A DNA stretch of 64,000 nucleotides from Glaucostegus cemiculus (GCA_976551045.1 CDPCPM010000022.1:18600001-18664000), one strand, 5' to 3'. Positions 39,705 to 52,700 are shown, numbered from the stretch's first letter. The notes: a model not told the origin generated them from the letters alone. Numbers and translations are program-made.

Positions 39705-40805
39705 TTCCTGGACATCATTTGCTCTCTGCCACCTCTGCCCTGCGAGAGAACAGAGAAAGAGTTCCGCTGGTCCTCACCTTTCACCCCACTAGCTTCCACA
39801 TCCAGCATGTCATCCTTTGCCATTTTCGTCAGCCGCAACGAGATCCCACCACCAGTCACATCTTCCCCTGTCCCCCTCCCCCCCTTCTTTCCGCTGGGAC
39901 TACTCTCCCGTGACCCCCGGGTCTGCTCATCCTGCCCCAGCCGCCTCTCCCCATCCCTCGCACTTTCCCCGATAACCGTAGGCAGTGTAACACTCGTCCC
40001 TCCACCGCCTCCCTCAACACCATCCAGGGCCCTAAAAAAAAACCTTCCTGGTGAGGCAAGATTCACATGTGCCTCCCCCCAACCTCGTCTCTTGCATTCA
40101 ATGCTCTCGATCTTCCTCCTCTACATTAGCAAGACCAAGCACAGATTTTGCAGAGCACCTGCACTCAGTCTAAAATGGCCATCTTGAGCTTCTGGTTGCA
40201 GGCTTTTTCAACTTCCCTTTCCATCCCCATACCATGAGGCCGAATGTTAAATGGAAGAACACCACCTCATATTCCACTTGGGTAGCCTCCAACCCAATGG
40301 TGTGAACATTGGATTTTCCAATTTTACAAGCCCCACTCCCCCCTGTTCCTTTCCCACCCCTACTGGTCCATTAGGTTCTTTCTCCTTTTGTTCACCCTTT
40401 CCATTTCCATCTGCCCATCACCTAAGTTTCTTCTTCCTTGGCCTACTCTTCCTATCCCCTCCCCTATCTGGCGCAATCTTCACATCATTCCTCCCTTATC
40501 ACCCTCCAGTCTCACTCTGCTCCCCCCACCTGACTCCACCTGCCCATTTTTCTTTCCTTATCTATTTCCATCTATCATCCACCAGCCTCTTTCTTTAAAC
40601 TCCGCCCTCCCCTCCCTTACCTGTTTATCATCCCCCACCTCAGCTGGTTCCACTTGCCCCTATCTCAACCCTCCCTCCGATTTGCTATCTTCCCTTTAAG
40701 CTCTTGGTCCTGATGCAGAGTCTCTACTTGAAATGTTGACCATCACTTTGCCTCCACAGATGCTGCCTGACCTGCTGAGTTCCTCCAGTAGTTTGTGTTT
40801 TGCTG
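39705..40805 (+). mobile_element. Penelope-like element, 3' part (linker, GIY-YIG endonuclease remnant, pyrimidine-rich UTR, terminal repeat)
   Basis: RVPLVLTFHPTSFHIQHVILCHFRQPQRDPTTSHIFP, LLYISKTKHR, EEHHLIFHLGSLQPNGVNIGFSNF; terminus cagatgctgcctgacctgctgagttcctccag. Confidence 0.88.
40705..40742 (+). ncRNA. Minimal type I hammerhead ribozyme-like fold in the Penelope terminus (degenerate)
   Basis: tggtc-CTGATGCA-GAGT(ctct)ACTT-GAAA-TGTT-gacca: stem I tggtc/gacca, CUGAUG core, 4-bp stem II, GAAA. Confidence 0.65.
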
Positions 40806-41489
40806 CATTGCGCAAAGTTGTGTTGTGTTGCCGATATTCCTAAGATGTCAGAAGTAGGTGGATGAGAAAGTTGCAGAGACATTGGGTGGTTTCTGTGTGG
40901 GTCGGGGAAGGTTAAGGGGGAATCTAAGAGATACAGTGCACCAGAGATCTCTAGAGGTTGAGTCTGCCCTCGAGCTGCTAATTCTCATGTTGCTGATTTT
41001 CATTCACCTCCACAAATTCCCTCTTCAAGTAAAAGCCTCTATCAATTACAAGGTTGTGTAGGACTCGCAGTCTGTACTGCTCTTCATTAGGTGGAGACCA
41101 GAGTCATGTCATGAGCAACAGACATGTGTCATTAAGGTTGCCCATCAGTCTGTCCCTCGCCCTTCAAACTAGGATGGAATACAGATTACCTGAGGATGAA
41201 GACATTATGTAACTTCATGGAAATCTTGCTTTCAGTAGCTTTTGCATTGGTGATTTTGTACTAGCTGGATATTGATTGAGTTCTACCCTTTTCTATTGAT
41301 GTAAGAGGCAGTCTACACCTGCCAACAGTTCTTCCCTTGGCTCCTTCTCAAGATCTGCTCTGTCACAGAAGCCGGTCTTCAGCCAATTTAATTCACTGCA
41401 CCCACTCTTGACAAATAGCTGAGAGCACTGGGCACACAAGGGGAATGGGACCAGACTACATCCCAAGCTGTAATCCTGAGCAGACAAGT

Positions 41490-41695
41490 CCACCTACTCA
41501 ATAACCTATCTTGGAAATACACCACCATTCCTTCATCGTCACTGTCTCTAAATTCTGGAACGCCATCCCCAACAACACCAGAAGGACAGCAGCAGTTCAG
41601 GAGGTGGCTCACCACCTTAACAAGGACAATTTGGTAAGGGATGGGTAATAAGTGTTGACCTTGCCAGCGATGACCAGATCCTAATAAAAAAGAAT
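41490..41695 (+). mobile_element. Old CR1-like LINE 3' end
   Basis: cttggaaatacaccaccattccttcatcgtcactg...cagcagttcaggaggtggctcacc...gggatgggtaataa...aataaaaa. Confidence 0.7.
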
Positions 41696-41967
41696 AAGCC
41701 TCCGCAAATTCCAGAAATTATGTCCTGCAATTATCCCATTTTAACTAGTCGATAGAAGCTATCACATCCTTTATGTTTCTTGGCACCCACAGAAAAGATG
41801 AATTAATTCCACTGACAAGTAAATGATCCATCACTTGTTGAACGCATTGATGCAGAGCAGACTGGTGTAAGCCATTGGTAACCTAACCCCAGAAACACTC
41901 CATTGGACACGTACTGTGCTTATTTTCACCACACTGTATGGCTGTTTTGAGGCTAGGGTTTTAAGTC

Positions 41968-42293
41968 TTTCTTTTTCAATCTTTTTATTGATAACAAATC
42001 ATTACAGGTTAAGATATATAACAACAATGTTTACACATGTATTATATAAATATCAAATAAATCATAAATAATCATAAAAAAGCAATAAAATATGATGTAT
42101 ATAAAAGAAATAATTCCAACAATATCTCAGTTCATAAATGTAATATAAAAAATAAAAAAGAAAAAGATTTGTTATATAATTAGAAGAAAAAAAACAAAAC
42201 AAAAAAAAAACCCAAAACATTTTTTAAGAAAAAACAATTTTAAAAAATCATAATATAGAATAAATTGAACCAAAAGTCTTACCCCAGTAGCTC
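41968..42293 (-). mobile_element. L1-like LINE 3' tail (T-rich UTR with polyA signal)
   Basis: Reverse complement ends caataaaaagattgaaaaagaaa; extreme A bias on the + strand. Confidence 0.55.
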
Positions 42294-42300
42294 AAACCCA

Positions 42301-44869
42301 GTAGAAAAGGCATGTCAGAGTGACAATATTAAAATAATTATGGGTGACTTTAACATGAAGGTGGACTGGGAAACCCAGCAAGGCAGCAGTTCTCAGGAGA
42401 GCGAGTTTGTTGAATGTTTACGGGATGGCTTTTTGGAACAACTTGTTGATGAGCCCACCAGGGGATCGGCTGTTTTGGATTGGGTGTTGTGTAATGAACC
42501 AGAGGTGATTAGAGAACTAAGGGTAAAGGAACCATTAGGAACTAGTGACCATAATATGATTGAGTTCAGATTGAAATTTGAAAAGGAGAAGCTGATGACT
42601 GGAGTGTCAACATTTCAGTGGAACAAGGGGAATTACAGAAGGATGAGAGAAGAGTTGGCCCAGATTGATTGGAAATATAAGCTCGCTGGAGGGACGGCAG
42701 AACATAAATGGGTGGAATTTAAGCAAGTAATAAAGAAAATGCAGGACAGACACATTCCAAGAAAAAAAAAGGTTTTAAATGGAAAAAGGGCACAAATGTG
42801 GATAACGAGAGAGGTGAAAGCTAAAATAAGAGCAAAAGGGAGGGCATATAAGGTAGCAAGAAAAAGCGGAAAAACAGAAGACTGGGAAACTTTTAAGAAC
42901 CTACAGAAAGAAACTAAGAAGGTTATTAGAAAAGAAAAGAGAAATTATGAAATGAAATTGGCAGAAAACATTCAAAAGGATACTAAGAGTTTTTTTAAAT
43001 ATATAAGAAGCAAAAGAGAGACGCAGGTTGATATAGGACCGATAGAAAATGAGGCGGGAGAGATTATTATGGATGATAAAGAGATGGCGGAGGTGCTAAA
43101 TCAGTATTTTGCGTCGGTCTTCACAGTAGAAGATATTAACAATATACCGGTTAGTCAAGGGTCTCGAGGGACGGAATTAAGGACAGTTAAGGTTACGAGA
43201 GAGAAAGTGTTGGGGAAGCTAAATGGGTTAAAGACTGATAAGTCTCCGGGACCAGATGAGATACATCCCCGTGTACTGAAGGAAGTAGCTCTAGAAATAG
43301 TGGAGGCATTAGTGATAATTTTTCAGGAATCGATAGACGCTGGAGAGGTGCCGGAGGACTGGAGGGTCGTGAATGTAGTTCCATTGTATAAGAAAGGTGG
43401 GAGACAGCACAAAGGAAATTACAGACCTATCAGTCTTACATCTGTGGTGGGGAAGTTACTAGAGTCGATCCTTAAGGATGAGGTGATGGGATACATGGAG
43501 GTGCAAGGCAAGATAGGTCCTAGTCAACATGGGTTCGTGAAGGGAAGATCCTGCCTGACCAATTTATTGGAGTTTTTTTAAGAAATCTCATGCAGGGTGG
43601 ACAAGGGAGAGGTCGTAGATGTAGTGTATTTAGACTTTCAGAAGGCATTCGACAAGGTGCCGCACAAAAGACTAATTAGTAAGATGAGAGATCACGGAAT
43701 AACTGGCAGGATAACAGAATGGGTGGAGAGTTGGCTGGATGGCAGGAAACAGAGGGTGGGAATAAAAGGATCATGTTCTGGTTGGCTGCCGGTTACTAGT
43801 GGTGTTCCGCAGGGGTCGGTGTTGGGGCCCCTTCTTTTTACCTTGTATATTAATGATTTAGACGAAGGAGTTAATGGGTTTGTGGCCAAGTTTGCAGATG
43901 ACACTAAGATTGGGGGGGGGGGGAGTGGAGAGTATTGAGGAGACAGGAAAGTTACAGAGAGACTTGGATATTCTAGGAGAATGGGCGAAGAAATGGCAGA
44001 TGAGGTTCAACGTGGAAAAATGTGCAGTTGTACACTTCGGAAGTAGAAATGGAAGGGCAGACTATTATCTAGAAGGCGATAAAATTGGAAGCACAGAAGT
44101 ACAAAGGGACTTAGGGGTGCTCGTACAGGATAACCTAAAGGTTAACCGCCAGGTTGGATCAGCAGTAAGGAAAGCGAATGCTATGTTGGCATTTATTTCG
44201 AGGGGTATAGTATATAAAAGCAAGGAAGTGTTGATGAGGCTATACGGAGCACTGGTGAGGCCTCACTTGGAGTACTGTGTGCAGTTTTGGGCCCCATACC
44301 TTAGGAAGGATGTGCTGATGTTGGAGAGGGTTCAGAGGAGATTTACTAGGATGATTCCTGGGATGAAAAAGTTTACATATGATGAGCGACTGTCGTCACT
44401 TGGACTGTACTCGTTGGAGTACAGAAGAATGAGAGGGGACCTAATAGAAACGTACAAGATGTTGAAAGGAATGGACCAAGTGAATGTGGTCAAGCTGTTT
44501 CCCTTGGTGGGGGAATCCAGGACTAGAGGACACAAACTTAGAATTAGAGGAAGCAGGTTCAAAACAGAGATAAGGAGGAATTTCTTTAGCCAGAGGGTGG
44601 TGAACCTGTGGAACTCCTTACCACAGAAAGCAGTGGAAGCCAGATCATTGGGGATATTCAAGAAGGAAATAGATAGATATCTAATTGGTCAAGGTATCAA
44701 GGGATATGGAGATAAGGCAGGGATTTGGACTTAGAATAGTAGGTTTTTTTTTGTGTTTTTTTTTGTTTTTGTTTTCCTTAACCTCTTTTTTTCCCCACCC
44801 CCTTCCCTTTGGAACAGACTCGATGGGCCGACTGGCCTGCTTCTGCTCCATTATCTTGTGATCTTGTGA
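42301..44869 (+). mobile_element. Young CR1 LINE, 5'-truncated; ORF2 from endonuclease C-terminus through RT
   Basis: [69 protein letters not shown]; one nonsense codon (43579-43581) and one frameshift in a G12 run (43912-43923); (TCTTGTGA)2 end; TSD aaaccca (42294-42300 and 44869-44875). Confidence 0.97.
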
Positions 44870-45639
44870 AACCCACTGGAAGTAGACTGCAAGAACAGCA
44901 CCATCATACAACTTTTTAAATGATCATTAACACAATAACAGCTTACACTTATATAGCACCTTTAACACAGTAAAATATCTCCACGCACTGCAGAGAGGTG
45001 TAATCGAACTAAATCTGACACTACAGTTTGTTGGCGTCAGCAACATCTATGCAGAAAACCCACATTCAGACAGATAGCCATGGATCAATGCTTTCTCTAT
45101 CATCCACAAATGATGAGCTGGCTGAAAGAAGCCATTCATTGACCATACACAAGAGGGAGCTAGCAGTCAGACAGCTAGGAAATAAAGAACAGAAAGGTAA
45201 TGGGCTGAAATTTTTCACAGCATATCCCATTAGTTTAATTTATCCTTACAGGTTTGTGCTCTTGCTGAGTAGTGAGCTGGTAGAAGTGAGAACAGAGAAC
45301 ATGCAGCAGAGACCTGACGGAAGTGGGAAAGTAAGTTTGGTGTGCAATTTTACCAGTGCTGTACTACCAATGCAAGGCACTTGGGCTACACATAATATGT
45401 TGATCAACGTACTGCTAGAAAACTAAATAGCAAATTAGGTAATGCTTCTTGGATAAGAAAACATCTAAGTCCAGGGTTAGGGTCTGGGGCAGATACGTGG
45501 GTGAGCAAGGGCCGGGAAAAGGGAAGAAGGCTTCTCCTAGGCTTCTCTGGGGACAGAGCTGCACCTCTGTCTTTACCCGGAGCAAGCCCATCACTAAGAT
45601 TCAATTAATGATCAGACTATTCTCTGACTGCCTTGCCTT

Positions 45640-46192
45640 CCTGTCTTTTCCCAAAAGGGTCCATGTCCCAGTTCATCCCCAGCAGCTGCGTGACATAGGA
45701 CTCTCTGATCTATCGGCTGTTCCCGGGGACACACACCAAGGCAGACATCAAGTTGCTGCTGGAAGGTCATCAGCTTTGTGAAGGATGCCCTGTGGTCAAG
45801 CTCAAAACTTGCTGGTCTTCCAGCACAGTGAGATGTCTGTCAGGAAGTGCTGCCGATTGGCACAGTCCAAGCTGCAGGAGCACATGCTGAGGGATGCACT
45901 GCAGCTCGGTGCAGCCAATGTAAAGGCTCTGTGGGGAAGGACCACAGTCTTGTCTCTTTCCACTACTGCACATGGAGGAGTAGATTTGGGTGGGGAAATC
46001 CCTCGAACAATGGAAGGGGTATCACCTCAGGGAGCCACGTGAGTCGCAATGGTACTATGTTTCTTTTTTCCTTTCAAGTTTTACATTACTAAATGTAATA
46101 GAAAAGCTTAACATTCAGCTTTTGTATTTTGCACTGTTTTCTTCTTCTGTATATATTTTTATTATGAATAAAATTTATTTTTGAAATAAAAT
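45640..46192 (+). mobile_element. Tx1/L1-clade LINE 3' end
   Basis: NLLVFQHSEMSVRKCCRLAQSKLQEHMLRDALQLGAANVKALWGRTTV; ends gaataaaatttatttttgaaataaaa; matching tail at 57374-57540. Confidence 0.7.
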
Positions 46193-47621
46193 TAATCAAT
46201 GTGACCTGTTTGGTCCTTTGCAAACTGAAAGGCTACTGGAGGGCTAGATAAAGAAATTCCAGAAGTGATAATTATTTAGTTTATTCTTCTCTTCTCTCAC
46301 ATCAACACATCCCCCATCCTACCACCAACTCCACACCTTCTGATCAGGATCATTGAAGGTGATTGAGACTCTCTGAATACTGTCATCAGCCAAAGAACCC
46401 TGCTATAGAAAAACCCACTCCATCATCACTCACTGCCTACAGGTCCACTCAGACATCTTGCTCCTTCTGCTAGCTCTAAGCATGAGTATCACTGGGTTGT
46501 GTTAGTGAGGAGAGACAGGAAACCCCAGTGCTCCTGGGTTTGGAAGAAGTAGCACATGACAAGTGTTACCCAGAAATGGATTGAGGGTTGTGTGTTGGGG
46601 TATAAGGGGACAGAAGGAACACCCTCCTGCCTTCAGGAAGAATTGAGAAAAGTCATGAGTTTTGGCAACCTATTTAATAATGGAAAACCATTAGCCTCAA
46701 TGCCTGTCTTCATGGATATTCTCACATTGCACCAAACAAGCAAGCCCCAGAGGTTCTATCTATCCAATGGTATAGGAAGAACCTCTGCCTGACTCAAGCA
46801 CTGAGGCTAAGTGCAGCAATCACACTGTTCCTCTCTCTCACCTCCCCAGTATTAGCAAAATCAGCACGTATCAGAAGTCATTCAGTTAGATCGAGCAGGA
46901 CTCAAGGGAAAGGAGAACCATCTCTTATTTGTCAGTATTTATATGACTTTAATTGTGTTCCGGTTCCATAAACACACTCTGAAAATATGACTAATGACTT
47001 CCCTGAAAAACATACAGAAAATGAAGCTCCAGCATTCACACACATATACCACAGAATTCAATGGTAAAGTTATCCATTTCTTCAATAAGCCAAGTGCAAG
47101 ATTTCACAGAAGAGATCTTTTAAATAACTTACAGGCCTCAGAAGATACCAATTCAGTGACAGAACAAATTCCACTAGTGCACTGTTTTAAAGCTAAGAAT
47201 GAGATCCCAGTACTTTTATTTTTTAATATACAGTCATGTATTCAATAAACTGCTATCATAATGCAGAAATCGTCGTTATCTACTGTGCTGTATTAATTAC
47301 TGCTGAGTAGTGTATGTACTGTGTTGCTGTCTCAGATCCTTAGAGAAAGTATATTTTGAAATCCTGAGAACTTTACTTAGGTTGCAAAATCCTTTGATTA
47401 TACGATAGAAAACAGCCTCATGTGAATTATGCTTTTATGGATTAGGTGAGTAAAGAGAAACCTTATACTTAATTGTACTTTAGGAATAAACGGCAGTTAG
47501 GTCAAAAATAAACTTTTACTTTGTGCAAAAATAAAGAAAAAGAATCTTTAACAATTTGTTCCACTTTTAATGAAAGACTTAATTATTGGCCATGGCATGA
47601 TAGAGACCCATGGATTTTTTG

Positions 47622-48020
47622 GAGACTCTCACCTGAATCATGAAGTTAGGATTATATCCTGGGATCCTGGGCAACAAAATATCTAGTGCAGTGCTGAGGG
47701 AGTGCCGTGTTGTTGGAGATGCTTCCTTTGGACAGCTGTAAAGAATCTGCTGTCAAGTGGACATAAACATCCAACATCACTACTTCAAAGAATAGGGTGT
47801 TTATCCCCAGAACTCTGGCAATCTATATCTCTGTTCCTTAATCAACACCTAAAAACAGATCATCTGGCTTTATTAACACATGACTGCCTGAGAGACTTTG
47901 CTCTGCACAAATTGACTGCCATATTTCCCACACTACAACAATGACCAAACTTTGAAATTAATTCATTGACTTTGGAACATTCTGAGGTCGGGAAAGACAC
48001 TATAAGAATGTCAATCTTTT
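47622..48020 (+). mobile_element. Deu-domain SINE (SacSINE1-like), near full length, diverged
   Basis: agtgcagtgctgagggagtgc...caagtggacataaacatcc...aaacagatcatctgg...cacaaattgactgcc...ctgaggtcgggaaagacactataagaatg. Confidence 0.8.
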
Positions 48021-48681
48021 GTTTGTCACAAAGGTGGAAATGTTGCAGCCTCCCAAAAAGCCTTTAGTAATTTTTTGCACATAGAGCAGAGGAACACTTC
48101 CCTTATGAAGGTTTAAAAATAAAATGTCTTCCACTCTAAGACCTTGAGTTGTGTCTTTTAAAACCGTCCCAATTCTGTCATTCATCTGGGGACACAGCTG
48201 TAACCTCTTGCACGTTACAAACTTAATATACGAGCTTCAATTCTGATAGAAAGGTGAATTGAAAGTGAAAGATGCACCTAGAGCAAAACACTGCAGGCTG
48301 TACAAGCTCTGCTTGAAGTACCTGGTGATTGGATCCTTCACTTTAGTTCTGAATCTTTAATATGGATAACTTAAAGCTTCGAACTGAAAAGTATGATGAA
48401 TAGCATCCAATCTGTTGGGAAGTATAGACAGAGAATGCTGCCTTCATCCTCTGTAGAGAGAGAAAAACAGCTGTCCTCACTGCCTGTGGTGCCTGCCTGC
48501 CTGCCCCCTCTAGTATTATCCATTGAGGAAGGGCTGACTAAGTTGACCCTCAGTATCCAAAAATCCACCAAGTTCTGGATCTTGAGGCACAAATCCAACA
48601 ATCTATGATGGCCTTTGGCCAGTTCTCTGCTCCCTGATAATCAGAGATGTTCAAAAACAGTCAAGTAGATTTAAATAATTT

Positions 48682-48853
48682 CAGAATCAGAATCAGAATC
48701 AGTTTTTATTGTCACAACCATATACATACATAGTATGCATAGGAGCGAGATACCGTCCTCCTCAGGTGCTCGTCCCATTAAATAACATAACAACCAACAG
48801 AGACACACATACACACTTGACAGAATAAACATTACAAAACATTAGACATTAAA
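48682..48853 (-). mobile_element. Severely 5'-truncated copy of the young Rex1 family
   Basis: Near-identical to 9807-9965; (GAATCA)3 tail. Confidence 0.92.
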
Positions 48854-49754
48854 TTTGAAATAACTAATAAAACAAAAGACTTTGGAGTACTAAAAATTAC
48901 TCAAGAACGTTAAGGATAAGAGAAATAAACTCCTTACCTGCACTTCCTTCCACTCAGGATCAGTGACACACTCAGAAGGCTGGGGCTGCACGTCACTCCA
49001 GCTGTGGCTAGTCTAAAGCTGAGAGTTCAGATGTGAAGTGTGCTTCAGTGCTTCACCACCAGACAACTGTAAATTAATTAAAAGAAAATATATATGTGCA
49101 AAGACAGGAAACACTTTGCTAAACTTACCTTATTAATATTGATCGGTCACTCCATTCAAATGAACAGGGCCAAATTTGATACTAGTGACGTAAAGCCAAA
49201 CACAAATCTCACCCCTAACTCTGATCAGCACAAAGGCCACCGAGTCCAGCAAGTGTAGGACAGATTTTCTGGCGTTTGACCTCCAGCTCATGTCTGACTT
49301 CAGTGTTTCAATGCGCAGACATGAAGTCAGGGACAGGCTGACCTAAGGAGCACATGGTTGACATTTTCTGTTGAGCAGAGGTGAGGATGATTCAACTCAA
49401 TGTTTGAGGTTGATGAAGGACAGTTAACCTGAAATATTGAGCCATGCCATGATGGATCTGACTTGTGCCTCACGGCCCCCATTGATCTTGTAGCCTTGTC
49501 AGCTTAGTTGTTCCATCATGCAAGTCATTCTGATGATCACAGACATTTTGAAACTTTTGAAAAACATTTTAAAAACTTTGCAAAACATAAAATAAAGTTG
49601 TAACATTATTTAAAAACACAAACAACAATTAATTAAATGAAAATAGACATATGCAGTGTAACTCTCTCCTCTCATCATTCTAATATTCCTCTGGACTCAG
49701 CGATAAATCCAGGGCAGGGTGTAATGACCTCCAGAGTGATATGTATTTGCATGG

Positions 49755-52700
49755 CATTGGTATTGGTTTATTATTGTCCCTTGTACCAAGGTACAGTGAA
49801 AAACTTATCTTACATACCATTCATACAGATCAATTCATTACCCAGTGCATTGACATAGTACAGGGTAAAAACAATAACAGAATACAGAGTAAAGTGTCAC
49901 AGCTACAGAGGAAGTGCAGTGCAGGTGGACAATAAGGTGCAAGGTCATAACAAGGTAGACTGTGAGGTCAAGGGTCCATCTCATCGTATAAGGTCCATCT
50001 CATCGTATAGTCTTATCACAGTGGGATGGAAGCTGTCCTTGAGCCTGGTAGTATGTGCCCTCAGGCTCCTGTATCTTCTGCCTGATGGGAGAGGTGAGAT
50101 TAGAGAATGTCCTGGGTGGGTGGGACATTATGCTGGCTGCTTTCCCAAGGCAGCAAGATGTATAGACAGAACCCTTTGAGAGGAGGCTGGTTTCTGTGAT
50201 GTGCTGGGCTGTGTCCACAACCCTCTGTAGTTTCTTGCAGTGCATCGATAAAAGTTGGTGAGTGTCAAAGGGGACACTAAATTTCTTTAGCCTCCTGAGG
50301 AAGTAGCAGCACTGGTGAGCTTTCTTGGCCATAGGCAGTGTAACACTTGTCCCTACGTAGTTGGACCAGGACAGACTATTGGTGATGTTCACTCCTAGGA
50401 ACTTGAAGCTTTCAACCCTCGCAACCTCATCACCATTGATGTTGACAGGTGCATGTACGCTGCCCCCTTTCCTGAAGCTCTCTATCTCCTTCCTATACTC
50501 CGACATCACTATTTGAGATATGGCCCACTATGGTGGAATCATCGGCAAATTTGGAGATGGAGTTAGAGCAGAATCTGGCCATGCAGTCATGAGAGTATAG
50601 GGAGTAGAGTAGGGAGCTGAGGATGCAGCATTGTGGGGCACCAGTATTGAAAATAATTATGCTGGAGGTGTTGCTGCCTATCGTCACTGATTGCAGTCTG
50701 TTGGTCAGAAAGTCAAGGATCCAGTTACAGAGTAAGGTGTTGAGTCCCAGGTCTTGGAGTCTAGTGATGATTTTGCTTGGAATTATAGTATTGAAGACAG
50801 AGCTGTAGTCAATAAACAATAATCTAATGTAGGTGCCTCTACTGCCCAGATGCTCCAGAGATGAGTGTAGGGCCAGGGAGATGGCATCCACTGTAGACCT
50901 GTTTCGGAGGTAGACAAATTGCAGTGGGTCAAGGTTTTCCGGGAGGTTGGAGTTGATACATGCCATGACCATCCCCTTGAAGCATTTCATGATGGTGGAT
51001 GTTAGAGCCACTTGTCGGTAGTCATTAAGGCATGTTACCTTGTTTTTCTTAGCATGATAGTGGTCTTCTTAAAACAGATGGGAACATCAGAATGAAAAGG
51101 GAGGAGTTAAATATGTTTACAAATACCCCTAACAGCTGATCAGCACAATATCTGAGGACACAGCCAGGGACACCATCAGAGCCAGATGCTTTCCATGGGT
51201 TCACTCTCTGGAAGACTGATCTTACATCCTCAGTTCTGACCGCGGGTTCAGGTGCATTGGAGGCTGTCAGGGTGGGTGGTGACAAATCTATCCCTTTCTG
51301 TTCAAAACGTGCATAGAATGTGTTAAGCTCATCAGGATGGGATGCACGGTTGTTGGCGATGCTGCCTGACTTTGTTTTGTAGCCTGTTATAGCATGTAAG
51401 CCCTGCCACAACTGATGGCTGGTCTGGGACTCAATTTTGGACTGGTATCATCTCTTGGCAGCTCTGATAGCTTTACAGAGGTCGTATCTTGATTTCTTGT
51501 AAAGGTCAGGGTCACCTGATTGGACTGCAGCAGTCCTTGACTTCAGTAAGTAGTGGACCTCCCAGTTTATCCATGTGTTCCAGGTTGGGAACACCTGTAT
51601 TGTCCTCTTTGGTACACAGTGCTCAACACACTAGCTGATAAAGTCCATGATGGTGGTGAATACTCATCAAGGCTGGCAGCTGAGTCTTTGAACATGGACC
51701 AGTCTACTGACTCAAGGCAATCATGTAGAAGCATATCTATTTCCTCAGACTGGCACTGCATGACTCTCTGTACTGGATTCTCCCATTTCAGTTTCTGTTT
51801 GTATGCAGGGAGAAGGTGCACAGCCTGGTGGTCTGATTTCCCAAAGTGAGGGCTTGGTGTTGCTCGGAAGGCATCTTTGATGGTTGTACAGCAATGGTCA
51901 AAGGTGTTAGGGCTCCTGGTGGGACAGGAGATATGCTGGTAGTACTTTGGTAACACACTCCTGAAGTTGGCCTGGTTGAAGTCACCTGCAATAATGAAGA
52001 GGGCTTCAGGGTATCCTGGTTCAAGGCTGTTGACCACTGAGTATAGCCCATTGAGTGCAGACTTCATGACCATCTGGGGTGGGATGTAGACTGCCATCAG
52101 GATAGCTGAAGTGAACTCCTGTGGCAGGTAGTATGGTCGACACTTCACCGTTAGATATTCCAGGCTGGATGAGCAGGAGCTCGCCAGGACCGTCATATTC
52201 AAGCACCACGAGTTATTGATTAAGAAGCAGATCCCTCTGCCTCTAACTTTGCCTGAGGATGCTGTGCAGTTCATTCAGTGGATTGAGAAGCCCTCAGGTT
52301 GCATGGCACAGTCAGGTGGAGCAGGTTTAAGCCATGTTTCAGTGAGACAGAGCACACAGCAGTCCCTCAGTTCTCTTTGGTAGGCAAGTCTTGCCCTTAG
52401 TTCATTAACTTTGTTTTCAATGGCCTGGATGTTAGCTAGAAGTATGCTGAGGAGTAGGGTCTTGTATCCATGCTGTTTCAGCCTCACCAATGCTTCCGAG
52501 GTAAGTGGCTTCAACTCATCGGTCCTGGAAGTCCTGGAGTGGAGCCACCTGGTAAGTGATTGCTTAAGGACAGATCTGGAAGACCTGGAGCAGATTCACC
52601 TGGACAGGAAGGTAAGTGATTTCCTCTGGGTCGACCTTGAAAACCTGGAGTGGATTCACCTGGACTGGAAGGTAAGTGACAGTTTGAGAACAGACTTGGA

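Noticed and set aside
39675-40699. Pro/Ser-rich and Gly-rich ORFs on both strands
   Set aside because: Alternative frames of a decayed Penelope element and its pyrimidine-rich UTR.
42265-44734. Long ORFs (438, 113 and 286 aa) as a host gene
   Set aside because: They are pieces of one CR1 ORF2 with endonuclease/RT motifs, a TSD and a LINE tail.
49972-50010. 19-bp direct repeat ggtccatctcatcgtata
   Set aside because: Local tandem duplication in a LINE 3' region with no sign of function.
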